NCBI GenBank assembly: GCA_047947115.1
Contig: CP170459.1
Span: forward strand, 1,888,001-1,952,000
Length of the DNA: 64,000 nucleotides
Reading direction: 5' to 3'
DNA from: Verrucomicrobiota bacterium
Lineage (GTDB): Bacteria > Verrucomicrobiota > Verrucomicrobiia > Limisphaerales > AAA164-E04
Below the pieces are notes generated by a model. It was not told where the DNA came from. It saw nothing but the letters and a program-made list of their open reading frames with translations, and made no database searches. Position 1 is the stretch's first letter, and every line of letters starts with the position of its first letter. The translations under genes were made by a program, and so were the position numbers. Positions 28,601-37,657 of the stretch are shown here, in pieces.

Positions 28601-30787
28601 CTGGGAGTTTGTATCGTCGATCAGCAAGGCCGATTGGTGCCTGTCGGGCATCCGGGCGAAATTTTAATTCGCGGCGACGGATTGGCGGAAGGATACCTCG
28701 GCCAACCGGAATTGACGGTTCAACGATTTGAGACTCGGCCCCAAATACCTTGGATACATGGGAGACTGTATTCAACGGGAGATCTGGGGCAATGGACGGA
28801 AGAAGGCGATTTGCTCTACTTAGGTCGGATCGATGATCAACTGAAAATTCGGGGTCATCGGGTCGAGCCTGGGGAAATCGAACAAATTCTTTCTTCCCAT
28901 GAGAGTGTCACTGAAGGCTGTGTCATTGGGCATCAAATGGGCACCGGCTCCCAGGGGCTTGTAGCATTTTACGCAGGAACAACGACTCAAGCTGATTTGC
29001 GGGCTTACCTCAGAGAACGTTTGCCCGGACACATGGTTCCAACACAAATCGTGCGCGTCGACAAGTTGCCTGTCACTCCAAATGGCAAGATCGATAAATC
29101 CGCATTAAGTATTCCCGAAGCTGAGTTCGCGGAAGCTCCCCGGACTCCCACCCAGAAAGAGCTTCTTTGGATTCGCATTTGGAAAAACGTGTTGGGTGTA
29201 GCCGAGGTTCGTTTGGACGATTCATTCTTCGAGCTTGGAGGGGACTCCATAAAGGCAATTTTAGCCGTCAATCAAATGCTCCGTCAGGGATATCAGGTGG
29301 AAGTGCGCGATCTTGTGTTGCACCCAACTATACATGAATTGGCTCCTATGCTTCGGACAAATGTAAAGAGAGACCATGCTGCCAACCATGCTCGAAGCGT
29401 ATCGAGTGAAGTCGTGCCTCTGACGCCGATCCAGCACTGGTTTTTCAGGGCATTCGGAGACGAACGGGATCATTTTAATCACTCGGAAATGCTCCATTCT
29501 GTCGAGCCATTCGATAAGATTTTACTTGAGCAGGCTATCCAGTCACTGTGGAAGGAACACGATCAGCTGCGCGCTCGATTTCGAATGAAGGCAGAGACTA
29601 ACAAGGATCGGACAGTCTGGGAGCAATATATCCCTGAGGCCAGAGAAGAAAATATTTTACGTGAATTTGACTTAACGAAAGAGGACCAGCCTGATTCCCG
29701 TTTGCTACAATTCGCCAATCAACTGCAATCAAGTTTCCGCCTATCTGAGGGACCTTTGATGGCCGTGGGATTGTTTCGGTGTAAGGACGGGGATCGATTG
29801 CTTTTCGTGATTCATCATTTGGTCGTCGATGGGGTATCCTGGAGGTTGTTGCTGGAGGATTTTCAAGAAGCTTATCAATCCTTGAAAGCTGGTTTCGGTT
29901 GGGAACCGAAAGCGAGGAGCGCGTCCTATTCGGAATGGGCGCATGCTTTGGTTAAACTCTCTTCCCGAGAGAATCTTGCGAGGCAGCGTAGCTATTGGAA
30001 GAAGGTATTAAGTTTTCGCGGACCGGATCTCCCTTTGCGTGGGGTTTCCCTTGGAAGACTTCGATCCGAACAAACCTTTCGTTCCATTGAACTAAGTGCG
30101 GAGGAAACCAAGCATTTGTTGAATCATGCCGACTCGGGGAGTCAAGTGGTGGATTTCATTCTCGTGGGGCTGGGCTTGGCACTACACAGCTGGTCCGGCA
30201 TGAAACAATGCCTCATTGCCTATGAAACCCATGGGCGGCATTGGATAGAAGGGATGCCCCGGATAGATGTTTCCCGCACTGTAGGTTGGTTTACAAATGT
30301 GTTTCCGATGATACTTGATATCCGGCCCGAACAATCGTTGCAGAGCAATGTCAGACGCATCGCTGAGGCTAGGGAGTCTGTTCCCGGACATGGAATGGGA
30401 TTTGGCATCCTGGCCTATTTGGCAGGCGATGCGAATACTGCCGATGCGGGGCAACAGCCAAGAATTAGCTTCAATTACCTTGGGCAATATGAAAAACCAG
30501 CTGAAGCGACTTTTGAGGTTGGATTGGATGCGGACGGTGAATCCGTCAGTTCCAAAGCTCGACTGAATTATGATTTGGAGTGGAATGCGATCTTGCTGGA
30601 TGGCCGATTGAAAATCGTGGTGGCGTATGCTGAGGGGGCTTTGAGCGAGCCTGATGTAGAGTTATTGCTCAGATGTTTGTGGGAATCCATGGTGAGTGGA
30701 GCGGAAGTTGATGAAATCGAAGGTTCAAGTTCGGCGCTCGAACATATAGGGTCAAATTATGAGGAAAACACGACAACCAGGAGGTAA
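22685..30787 (+). CDS. NRPS with embedded FkbH domain: C-FkbH-T-C-A(Tyr)-T-E
   Basis: C HHIILDGWS; HAD motif DCDYTLW at 24620, VFIDD, RTNQFN, DRFGDYG, LLSCR; T GGHSL; C HHIVSDG; A code DASTIAAVCK (Tyr); T GGDSI; E HHLVVDG/ETHGR/RTVGWFT; no TE domain. Confidence 0.93.
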   Translation: MKIKKEHIQNICKLTPLQEGMLFHALLDPDSTAYIELTRYHLSGNLDLDAFRSSWEQLVARHEALRTVFLHKNTPEPVQVILKHRPIEFSYEDLSVLDPEIQDEALNSRMIQEGSHRFDLSQGPLMRLFVCGLSSESHEVFWTYHHIILDGWSLGVLQKEFWEIYHALANGGGAHLRKPAPFSNYVKWLRSQSVESAETYWKHRFAHPLPPPSFQRFVKRYPKKPFSRDSFEVFFSKEISEGVRSFARRNRISLNAALHAGWSITLNAVLGIEDVVFGETVSGRHPEIAGVNGMVGLLINAVPVRVTLRRQESLRDLALRVHGDAVEAEPYQFAALPLIQSTVGANGSLFDHILVFENYPEAEETEHADSRRRLVINRFEHVDHTNYGLTVQFMPAEQLGIRFIFDNNTYEPSLLHRVAETFQKAINGFCHHGDLTVEKWLLERGGASLVVENEFSVVLTATFTADFFTTGLAAFGRLFGLPIRVKIAPYHQVCQELLNPGSLTASNQGINILLVRWEDFLPETDAKEAVTSTLERAFEDVCHAVLARRGAGRYACVLLPVDPGSSECVQRIQRQWREFLIRETNLEVIDGTRLEQNYAIDGVFDSQSYRVGRIPFSDQWFAAASALLFRSLMASKKSEFKVIAVDCDYTLWDGVCGELGPTEVRIGPSHKALQNYLVEKAAEGFLIVLVSKNRESDVWGVFEKHPDMQLKLSDLVTTRINWNAKSDNLCSISKELNVGLDSFVFIDDSLVECLEVLNHVPEVLVVRAPDADIADPDLYFSHVWAFDRFRITEEDRQRGEMMRAEQARKQACSEMLVSTDDNRSGTQLDRFIRSLEVEADLRPIAEHQWARAAQLTLRTNQFNLTAHRMSEHELRAWAENEQSFAWIVRVRDRFGDYGVTGLICGRVEGSDLILDQFLLSCRILGRGVEEAILKGLSQHLDKRIIGALRVCFLRTERNQPALDFLERSAWSLVRDMGQTAEYRIELKSISQLKISSKIIVHQHPEPEQTVELDVPMKSPGMAVDEKPNTQRIQDWSNWINLPESKDPRNRAYSEMLRLTHASSLLALINQISNTDNPSVSVGGKLPRSGNRKSRPSFAPATTGTEKILLSVWEDLLGLNQIGIDEDFFDIGGHSLKATRMVSRIHKVFQKEISLSSVFEERTIRQLARKIDGGRNDWEKIPKLASGVEFVLSHSQHRMWALHQLEQNSIAYNSTGFYWIKGDVDVERLRNALVSVIQEHCVLRAVFQDTEQGLRMIVRDYDDSQVVIITESERGRPLSTQDLELYANDITRKSFRLDCGPLFLVRVLVMDSGRILLALHMHHIVSDGGSLDLFQREVMTRYSTSLTTDESSGFERTKKGISYPDYAVWHNQWVVSESGLRSRDYWIRQLTKLPPPLPLPTDRTRPPVQSFRGAAVKIRLAAPEWERLVELSLNEGGTRFSAFVAIVKILLHLHSRQEDILIGTVVSGRDHPDLESVVGLIANTIALRDMLDEASTVNDVFSQVAKTCREAFSHQGYPFDLVLESLNLERDLSRSALFDVMVNYHGDVPNSEENPIVFEEWEIDSPLSRFDLTFNALESESGLIVKLIYNVDIFDRERMDRIGQRLCALASNASQDPSVKLMELNMLPKQEIAWLHSRFYPERVDYPTHLNLTEILDEVATAHGSTLALASNALRLTYSELVTATVHIADALGETLGDCRRQIVAVSMTSRPLSVVAMLSVMRAGGCYLPVDPSYPKERIDYLLNDSGACVLITDTERHEIGDLAGELKVMTVDLSFLAEITAGGASTPLSRRSYAEGSDPAYVIYTSGSTGRPKGVSVTHQAFVNMITQQIKTFDVRPNDRVVMFASLSFDASLSEIFMALLSGATLYCPSRECILDGRRLVEYIQDEQITIATLPPLYLRALGQPDLGTLKTLITAGESAVPKDAAHYSKDGRLQYINAYGPTECSVCTSMFLVPRGWRGEKVPIGKPLDNLGVCIVDQQGRLVPVGHPGEILIRGDGLAEGYLGQPELTVQRFETRPQIPWIHGRLYSTGDLGQWTEEGDLLYLGRIDDQLKIRGHRVEPGEIEQILSSHESVTEGCVIGHQMGTGSQGLVAFYAGTTTQADLRAYLRERLPGHMVPTQIVRVDKLPVTPNGKIDKSALSIPEAEFAEAPRTPTQKELLWIRIWKNVLGVAEVRLDDSFFELGGDSIKAILAVNQMLRQGYQVEVRDLVLHPTIHELAPMLRTNVKRDHAANHARSVSSEVVPLTPIQHWFFRAFGDERDHFNHSEMLHSVEPFDKILLEQAIQSLWKEHDQLRARFRMKAETNKDRTVWEQYIPEAREENILREFDLTKEDQPDSRLLQFANQLQSSFRLSEGPLMAVGLFRCKDGDRLLFVIHHLVVDGVSWRLLLEDFQEAYQSLKAGFGWEPKARSASYSEWAHALVKLSSRENLARQRSYWKKVLSFRGPDLPLRGVSLGRLRSEQTFRSIELSAEETKHLLNHADSGSQVVDFILVGLGLALHSWSGMKQCLIAYETHGRHWIEGMPRIDVSRTVGWFTNVFPMILDIRPEQSLQSNVRRIAEARESVPGHGMGFGILAYLAGDANTADAGQQPRISFNYLGQYEKPAEATFEVGLDADGESVSSKARLNYDLEWNAILLDGRLKIVVAYAEGALSEPDVELLLRCLWESMVSGAEVDEIEGSSSALEHIGSNYEENTTTRR

Positions 30788-30927
30788 CTTAATAGCATTG
30801 ATAAATAATGAAATTCTAATTATTATTTCGCAATCTATTAAGAAGTTCGGTGGTCTGAGGTCGCTAGAGAATTTTTTGTAGGCGTGTTAAGACAGCTAGA
30901 AACTCAATATTAAAAAAGGAAAATATA

Positions 30928-32547
30928 GTGAAAACATTAATCACCATCTTGTTATTAATGGCGGCTTCATGTGTGATGACCTCCATGGTCGAGGCTCAGG
31001 ATTTGAGTGTCCAAAGGGCAATTCAGGTCGAATTCCCAACGGAAGCCGGTAAGAAGTATCAACTGCAATTTGGGGGAACGGTCAATGGACCTTGGTTTGA
31101 TTGGGGGGGGGCATTTGAAGGGACGGGCGGAGTGGCGCAGCGCGTTTCGGTGACCGTTGGGCAAGAAGCGGGCTTTTTTCGGCTTCAAGTGTCAGGCGAG
31201 GTCGTTCTTACACAATTTAAAAAGGATGCTATCAACGCCCGACTGGCTCAGGCAATTGACGATTTCGGTATCCCTGGCATTGCTGCAGGGATCTGGGTTG
31301 GGGAAGAGGAACCGTGGTTGACCGCGCGAGGGCTTGCTAATCTGGAAACAAAGGAACCACTTACCCCGGATCATCGCTTTCGAATCGGAAGCGCTTCCAA
31401 GACATTTGTTGCGATGGCGGCGATGCAACTGATCCACGAAGGCAAGGTAAGGTTCGACGATGTGATTACTCGCTATCTGAATCAGGAGGAGATGGATGCG
31501 CTAAGCGCCTACAATCTGGACGCGATCACGGTTCGCATGCTGTTGCGGCACACAAGTGGTTTTGCCAACTACACTTCGGATGTGCCAACTTGGTTTTTGC
31601 CCTATATTACTGATCGCACCCGGGTATGGAATAATTTGGAATTACTCAAGATAGCGAATGCGCCTGCAGGGCCCGATGGCACGCCGGAAACGGTTCCATT
31701 ATTTACACCGGGCATCGCATGGAGTTATTCAAATACCAACTACGTGTTGCTTGCCATTGTTGTCGAGCGCGTCACGGGTGAGTTCATTGGCACTCAGTTG
31801 GCCAAGCGCTTTTTTGAACCGCTCGGATTGATGCAAACTCGTTACCCGATTCCCGGTGAGTCGGAGATCCAAGGTGACAAAGTTTCCCGTGGTTATATGA
31901 ATTGGCGCAATATGCTCAATGGCGAGACTTCCGTACCTGCCGGGCTTATTGATGTGACTCAGTACGATCCATCCGGAGTTGGACCGGCTGGCCCATTGAC
32001 CTCTACCGTGGGTGATCTCTTGACTTGGATTCGAAATATCGCTCACGGAGCCGAGTTGATCGGTGATTTAAGTTTGCCGCAGATCAATTGGCATTATTTC
32101 CGCGCTGTCGGAGTGACCCCCAACACATGGCAAGCCCTCGATTTCTCGTATGGCATGGGCTTGGCGCATGAGGATGATAATGAGAATGACGCAAATTATT
32201 ATTTGATTGGGCATCGGGGACAAATCAGTGGTTTTGACACGGCCATGCAGTATTTGCCAGATCAAGATACCGGAATTGTGGTGTTCTGTAATCGAACACT
32301 ATCAAACGGTCCCGGAGACGGGCCTTTCAATCCATTTCCAACGGAGGGCTGGCCCAGCAACGCCAATGAAGTGGCAGTCTATTATATTATCAATCAATTG
32401 TATCCCGAGTTGATCGCATCTTCAAAAATTAGTGATCCCGGATCATTTTCAGGGGCTTCCGTACGTTCCTTGATTCAGAGTTCGCGAAGCAAGGATGCCG
32501 CACAGCCTGGTTTTAGGGTGCGTCCACCCTTGACCGAGTATCCTTGA
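30928..32547 (+). CDS. Exported serine hydrolase, beta-lactamase/S12 D-peptidase family
   Basis: Signal peptide ending VEA-QD; SxxK (FRIGSASK), LLRHTSG, YxN (YSNTNY), GHRG; extra ~60-aa N-terminal beta domain. Confidence 0.9.
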   Translation: MKTLITILLLMAASCVMTSMVEAQDLSVQRAIQVEFPTEAGKKYQLQFGGTVNGPWFDWGGAFEGTGGVAQRVSVTVGQEAGFFRLQVSGEVVLTQFKKDAINARLAQAIDDFGIPGIAAGIWVGEEEPWLTARGLANLETKEPLTPDHRFRIGSASKTFVAMAAMQLIHEGKVRFDDVITRYLNQEEMDALSAYNLDAITVRMLLRHTSGFANYTSDVPTWFLPYITDRTRVWNNLELLKIANAPAGPDGTPETVPLFTPGIAWSYSNTNYVLLAIVVERVTGEFIGTQLAKRFFEPLGLMQTRYPIPGESEIQGDKVSRGYMNWRNMLNGETSVPAGLIDVTQYDPSGVGPAGPLTSTVGDLLTWIRNIAHGAELIGDLSLPQINWHYFRAVGVTPNTWQALDFSYGMGLAHEDDNENDANYYLIGHRGQISGFDTAMQYLPDQDTGIVVFCNRTLSNGPGDGPFNPFPTEGWPSNANEVAVYYIINQLYPELIASSKISDPGSFSGASVRSLIQSSRSKDAAQPGFRVRPPLTEYP

Positions 32548-32633
32548 TGCAAATTGAGCTAATACATTTCGGAATGTGAAACACTTAGCGCCCGCAACTT
32601 TCCTGAAAACTGGGAGGACCATTTCTGGGAAGC

Positions 32634-34118
32634 GTGTCGATGGCGCATCATTACCCTATTGATCGGCGGTTTTTGCCGATAATTCATTCAACAAATAAGG
32701 AAACAGTGGTCGTGGAGGAACTCATCACTCAAGACGCCGGTGTAAAGGAAGCGATAATCGTCAATTCGATTGCTTACATCGTTTTGCGAAAACATGTATT
32801 GGAAGAAACGGTTCGTGACCGGCTTTTGCGGATTCCTAAGATCCGAAATGCAGTCGCCCGGGTTGTGTGTTTGCCGCGCCTACCGTTGGATGCCCGTGGG
32901 AACATAGACCATGAAAACTTGGTAAGACGACCGGTATGGGACGATGCCTTGCTCGAAAGATTGGCAAACGAGGTTGAAACGTGGCCCGGGATGCGGCGTG
33001 CGGCCTGCCTTCGATCCCCCAAGCGACCGGGTAACATTCCCTTGGCGTGGCTCCTTCAATCCGAAGCTGCTCCGCAGGGGGAACAGGAACCTTCGTCCGC
33101 TCAAAATTCGCTCAGTCCCTTGCCCAATTCCTTGGTGCGACCGGCCGATGTGCCTTCAGGGAAGCTCCCGTTGGCATTGGTTGAAACGGAGGAACCACAC
33201 GAATACCGGAAAAAGCCCGGAGATCTTGTTGGCTCGTTGGAAGCATCCGTTCTTCGTTATCCCGATAAAGAGCTGGTTTTCCGGTTAGGGAAAGGTGATG
33301 AGAAACGGTTGAATTTCAAGGAACTTCGGGAGCGAACTAATCGTCTGGCGACCTCCGTCCGGAAATTGGGAAATCGACCTCCGCGTTTCGCTGTCATAAT
33401 CAGTCAGAGTAACTTAGAACTGGTGCTTGGCTTTTGGGCCTGTGTTCAAGCAGGGATCGTTCCGGTCATTGTTCCCGTCCCTGTTAGTTTTGATGGTGCC
33501 AACCGCCAAACCGTCCAACTGCGTCGAGCTCTGGAACTCCTGGAAGATCCGATCTTGCTGGCCGATCAAGCTACCAAGGATTTGCTCCTACCTTATGCAC
33601 AAGATTTGGGGGTGCGTAAGGATCACCTTGCGTCGATCATCGAGCTGGAACGCGACGGGAATCCGATGATTCCAGAGGTCGCCGACCCGGAGACCGTTGC
33701 CTTGTATGTGCTTACCTCAGGGAGCACGGGAACTCCCAAACTGGTTGGATTGACTCATTGGAACCTTCTCTCTCGAGCCCGGGGAGCGAATCAGCTAGCC
33801 GGCTTCACGTCCAGTGACCGTATCTTGAATTGGCTTCCATTCGATCATATCGGAACCATTTCAGATTGGCATATCCGGTGTATTGATCTTGGTTGTGAAA
33901 TGGTTTATGTCGATAAAGAGGCTGTCATCGCTGAGCCGGCTCGCTGGTTATCTTACCTATCAACATATCAGGCTACCCATAGTTGGGCTCCTAATTTTGC
34001 CTTCACCGCTGCAGTGAAAGGGGGGGGAGCGTGGCCCAAAGCGAACGGGATTCCTGGGATCTTTCATGCGTCCGAGGCCTTCTCACTGCAGGGGAAATGG
34101 TTTCTTCCAACACGATGA
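32634..34118 (+). CDS. Starter PKS-NRPS part 1: pseudo-Asub plus N-terminal half of a keto/hydroxy-acid-type adenylation domain (frameshift at G8, 34020-34027)
   Basis: LTSGSTGTPK, LNWLPFDHIG, WAPNFAF; homology continues in another frame right after the G run. Confidence 0.85.
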   Translation: MSMAHHYPIDRRFLPIIHSTNKETVVVEELITQDAGVKEAIIVNSIAYIVLRKHVLEETVRDRLLRIPKIRNAVARVVCLPRLPLDARGNIDHENLVRRPVWDDALLERLANEVETWPGMRRAACLRSPKRPGNIPLAWLLQSEAAPQGEQEPSSAQNSLSPLPNSLVRPADVPSGKLPLALVETEEPHEYRKKPGDLVGSLEASVLRYPDKELVFRLGKGDEKRLNFKELRERTNRLATSVRKLGNRPPRFAVIISQSNLELVLGFWACVQAGIVPVIVPVPVSFDGANRQTVQLRRALELLEDPILLADQATKDLLLPYAQDLGVRKDHLASIIELERDGNPMIPEVADPETVALYVLTSGSTGTPKLVGLTHWNLLSRARGANQLAGFTSSDRILNWLPFDHIGTISDWHIRCIDLGCEMVYVDKEAVIAEPARWLSYLSTYQATHSWAPNFAFTAAVKGGGAWPKANGIPGIFHASEAFSLQGKWFLPTR

Positions 34119-37100
34119 ATGATTTCGTCGAAGCACTTTCACCGTACGGACTCAAACCTGATGTGTTTATACCTGCATTTGGTATGGCGGAGATGGGATC
34201 AGGAACTACCTATTCGGTTTCCAAAGCCGGTGAACACGCACGGATTCGCCGGGTTTCCGAAGAGAGCCTAAGACTTGGATTTTGCCGTGATGTGAACGAG
34301 GAGGAAACGGCAGTGGAACTTTCCAGTCTAGGAAAACCAATTCCCGGGATCAGTATCCGGATTTGTGATGCCGATGGAAAGCTTGTGGAGGAGGGAAGAG
34401 TCGGGCGTTTTCAAGTCAAGGGGAACGCCGTGTTTGAAGGATATTACAAGGACGAAGAGGCGACACGTTCCGCTTTCACGCCAGATGGTTGGTTTGATAC
34501 GGGAGACCAAGGATTCGTTCATGCCGGAGAGCTTTACTTAACGGGACGATCCAAGGAATCGATCGTCATCAACGGTGCCAACTACTATCCGGCGGAAATC
34601 GAAGCGGTCGTTGAAAGTCTTCCAGGTATTTCCCCCGCCTTTTGTGCGGCCTTCTCGATTCCCGCAGAAAAGGGGGGGCGTGAGCAACTGATCGTAATCT
34701 TTCATACCTCTCTACCTGACAGGCTCAAGAAGCGGGTCGTGTCCGAAATTCGTCGCAAGGTCGTCCAAGCAATTGGAATAAGTCCTGACCTCGTTATCCC
34801 TGTAGAACGGGATGAAATTGAAAAAACGGCTATTGGCAAACTTCAGCGCAGTCTCATGGCTAGGAAATTCCTTGAAGGAGGTTTCTCCGATGCAATGATA
34901 CGTGTGGATACCATCCTGGGTGATGAGGATGCGCTTGTGCCGGACGCTTTTTTCGAACGGCAATGGGTGCCAAACGTAAGATCCGGTTTTTCTCCCCCGA
35001 CTCGGTCTCTTCAGGGAACATGGCTTTTAATTGAAAGCTTGCCTGCCTCTCCTGAGGGGGTAGCCATTGTCTCGGAATTGGCTTCGGAAGACCTTACGAT
35101 CATCCGGTTTTCGATGGGCGTATCGGGAGATATCAGTTCAAATCTCAAACCAGAAGCTGTTTGTCGGTTGGAATTACAGGGGGCACTCGACGATTTGGGT
35201 GCGAGAGGACTTTCGGGTATCTTCATACTGATGCCGGCAATACCGAATTCCAAGAACATTCGGAAGTCGGAGCTTACAAATGCGTTGGGAGTGAATGATT
35301 GGGACAAGCTGAGATCATTGAATCACCTGTGGCAAGTGCTGTCCGAGGATCTTCCACTCGATTTCCACCTCCCGGTGCGCTTCCTTCTGTCAAATATTAA
35401 TTCCGTTGCTTCGCAGTCTGATCAGGTTTTGGGATTGGGTTTTTGGGGCGAAATGCTCAAGGTGTGGAACTCGACTTATCCTTGGTTTGAAGGGCGAGTT
35501 GTAGGATCGATCAAAGTGTTTGAAAAGGAGCGTATTTGGAAACCCTTGTTGGATGAACTTCAGCGATCTGCGGTTTCGTCTGAAGACCCTGTCCGAATTG
35601 ACCAAGACGGTTCCTGGAGATTGATTGAGAGGAAAGTGGACCTTTCCGAGAAAACGAGTGGAAAGAAGCTGAAAGCGCCTGGGAATTTGCTTGTCATCTC
35701 CGGAAATGAAGACGTGACGATGGAAGTCTGTCTGCAGGCCATAGAACGTTCGCATTCTCGTGTGCGCCTCTTTCTTGTGGGGAAGGAACGAAGTCGGTTT
35801 CGGGAGATTCAAAAGTCGGTTTCAGAGCATCTTTCCGGGAAACTGGCTCGTGGAGTTGAACTCAAATCACTTTTTTCGATCATCCATACGGACCAGGAGG
35901 ATGTAAACAACATAGTGTCGGAATTTTTGGTGCCCGAGTTGTCTGAAGCTGATGGAATCGTCGTTGTGGGAGAATTCATCGATGCGTCACAGAGTGAGAT
36001 CCATTCAATGACGAACGAAGAGCTCAAGCAAATTCCAATTTGGGAACGAATCCTGCAAAGCATCGTTCACGCATGGACCCCAAAAAAAGAAGGATCCTTT
36101 CTGGCGATAACACGTCGCGCATTCAACGGGGGAGTGGGTGCAGACGCTTTCCTTACCGGATTGTGCCTTGAGACTGGGAGAAAGCTCAAACAGTCCGGCC
36201 GAAGAAATGTTTCGGTTTGCATGGCTCAAATTCGTAACGACTATGGCCAATCCGATAAGGCTCGAAGCGACTGGATGAGTTTGGCGCTTTCACCGGCGCA
36301 ACTGGTGGAAGTTGCGAATGCGGGGTTGAAAGCCGGACTTTTCGAGTGGTCCCTTGGGGGATACGTTCCCGATAGCGAACCCGAGACCGTTTCGGTATAT
36401 TTCTGCGCAGATGAGATCGTTCCCGAATCTTTCTGGGAGGAACGAATACTCAGAGACCATTTAGGAACTCCACTCCCGTGCCAATTCGTTCAACTCCGTG
36501 ACACACGTCGCCTGGCCCACATGCATGGCATGGAGTGGTGGCCATCCGTGGCTGATTACTTTGTATACGACGAATTGATTTATCATGCCCTGACACACGA
36601 CGAAAGGAGGAATGCCAGTTACAAACTGGCAATACGTAATTTGGTCAAGGGAAAAACGGTCGTTGATGTCGGCACTGGGAAAGAGGCCATTTTAGCCCGG
36701 TTTTGTGTGGAAGCAGGCGCCGCGAAAGTGTATGCTCTCGAAATAGGAGACGAGGCATATAAGGCTGCTTCCGAGCTGTTGAAATCGCTTGACTTGACTG
36801 ACCGTATTCACCTTATCAAGGGCGATGCTCGTCGTCTGGAACTACCGGAATTGTGTGATGTTTGTATTTCGGAGATAGTAGGTCCAATAGGGGGATGTGA
36901 AGGAGCTTCGTTGATCCTGAATGACTGCCGTCGCTTTTTGAAACCTGATGGAATCATGATTCCTTGCCGCAGCGAAACCAGGGTTGCCGCGGTAACTTGT
37001 CCCGATGCTCTGTTGGAACATCTGGGATTCCACGAAGTGCCCGGATCCTATGTGAAAAAAATTTACGATGACATCGGTCATGCGATGGATTTACGCGTAT

Positions 37101-37657
37101 GCATCAAACAATTCCCCCATTCACATTTTATTTCGGATTCCGCCATTTATGAGGACCTGGACTTTTCACAGCAGACCGAACCGGATCAAAAGCATCGCAT
37201 TCGACTTCTCGTCCACCGTTCCGGTCGTCTCGACGGGTTCCTGGTTTGGCTGAACCTCCATACGATGGAAGGTGAAGTGATAAACATCATCGAGCATGAG
37301 TACAGTTGGCTGCCCGTTTATTTTCCCGTCTTTTCCCCGGGTGTGATGGTGTCCAAAGGGGATTGGATCGAGGCTGAATGTGAGCGATGTGTTTCCTCCA
37401 ACGGGGTCAATCCGGATTATTTTCTGCGGGGGTACTGCACCGGACCAACGATGAGGATCTTCCATTCGAGCACGAGTCCTATCATCACGATGGCGGTTTC
37501 AAAGCGACACCGTTTTATCAGCGCATGTTTGGCGAGAATCCATTTGGCTGCCTGGCTCAGGATACAAACGAATTCTACGGCCGCTACTTGGATGATATGG
37601 TGTTCGATGTCACCGGACATCCGGATACCGCAGTACTGGCAACGCTCGGAGAGCTGA
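34031..37657 (+). CDS. Starter PKS-NRPS part 2: rest of A domain, degenerate KR, SAM methyltransferase (frameshift at G5, 37428-37432)
   Basis: TAGE, PAFGMAE, GWFDTGD, KTAIGKLQR; KR-like region lacking GGxGxxG; SAM-binding VVDVGTG, AGAAKVYALE. Confidence 0.85.
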   Translation: MAQSERDSWDLSCVRGLLTAGEMVSSNTMNDFVEALSPYGLKPDVFIPAFGMAEMGSGTTYSVSKAGEHARIRRVSEESLRLGFCRDVNEEETAVELSSLGKPIPGISIRICDADGKLVEEGRVGRFQVKGNAVFEGYYKDEEATRSAFTPDGWFDTGDQGFVHAGELYLTGRSKESIVINGANYYPAEIEAVVESLPGISPAFCAAFSIPAEKGGREQLIVIFHTSLPDRLKKRVVSEIRRKVVQAIGISPDLVIPVERDEIEKTAIGKLQRSLMARKFLEGGFSDAMIRVDTILGDEDALVPDAFFERQWVPNVRSGFSPPTRSLQGTWLLIESLPASPEGVAIVSELASEDLTIIRFSMGVSGDISSNLKPEAVCRLELQGALDDLGARGLSGIFILMPAIPNSKNIRKSELTNALGVNDWDKLRSLNHLWQVLSEDLPLDFHLPVRFLLSNINSVASQSDQVLGLGFWGEMLKVWNSTYPWFEGRVVGSIKVFEKERIWKPLLDELQRSAVSSEDPVRIDQDGSWRLIERKVDLSEKTSGKKLKAPGNLLVISGNEDVTMEVCLQAIERSHSRVRLFLVGKERSRFREIQKSVSEHLSGKLARGVELKSLFSIIHTDQEDVNNIVSEFLVPELSEADGIVVVGEFIDASQSEIHSMTNEELKQIPIWERILQSIVHAWTPKKEGSFLAITRRAFNGGVGADAFLTGLCLETGRKLKQSGRRNVSVCMAQIRNDYGQSDKARSDWMSLALSPAQLVEVANAGLKAGLFEWSLGGYVPDSEPETVSVYFCADEIVPESFWEERILRDHLGTPLPCQFVQLRDTRRLAHMHGMEWWPSVADYFVYDELIYHALTHDERRNASYKLAIRNLVKGKTVVDVGTGKEAILARFCVEAGAAKVYALEIGDEAYKAASELLKSLDLTDRIHLIKGDARRLELPELCDVCISEIVGPIGGCEGASLILNDCRRFLKPDGIMIPCRSETRVAAVTCPDALLEHLGFHEVPGSYVKKIYDDIGHAMDLRVCIKQFPHSHFISDSAIYEDLDFSQQTEPDQKHRIRLLVHRSGRLDGFLVWLNLHTMEGEVINIIEHEYSWLPVYFPVFSPGVMVSKGDWIEAECERCVSSNGVNPDYFLRGYCTGPTMRIFHSSTSPIITMAVSKRHRFISACLARIHLAAWLRIQTNSTAATWMIWCSMSPDIRIPQYWQRSES

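Noticed and set aside
30928..32547. True beta-lactam resistance gene
   Set aside because: Motifs fit the broad S12 hydrolase family, and cluster context favours a role on the product.
32634..34900. Fatty acyl-AMP ligase starter (lipopeptide)
   Set aside because: It has NWLPFDHIG rather than the FAAL-type WLP..HDMGL, plus a pseudo-Asub and KR-like region typical of keto-acid modules; not fully excluded without a phylogeny.
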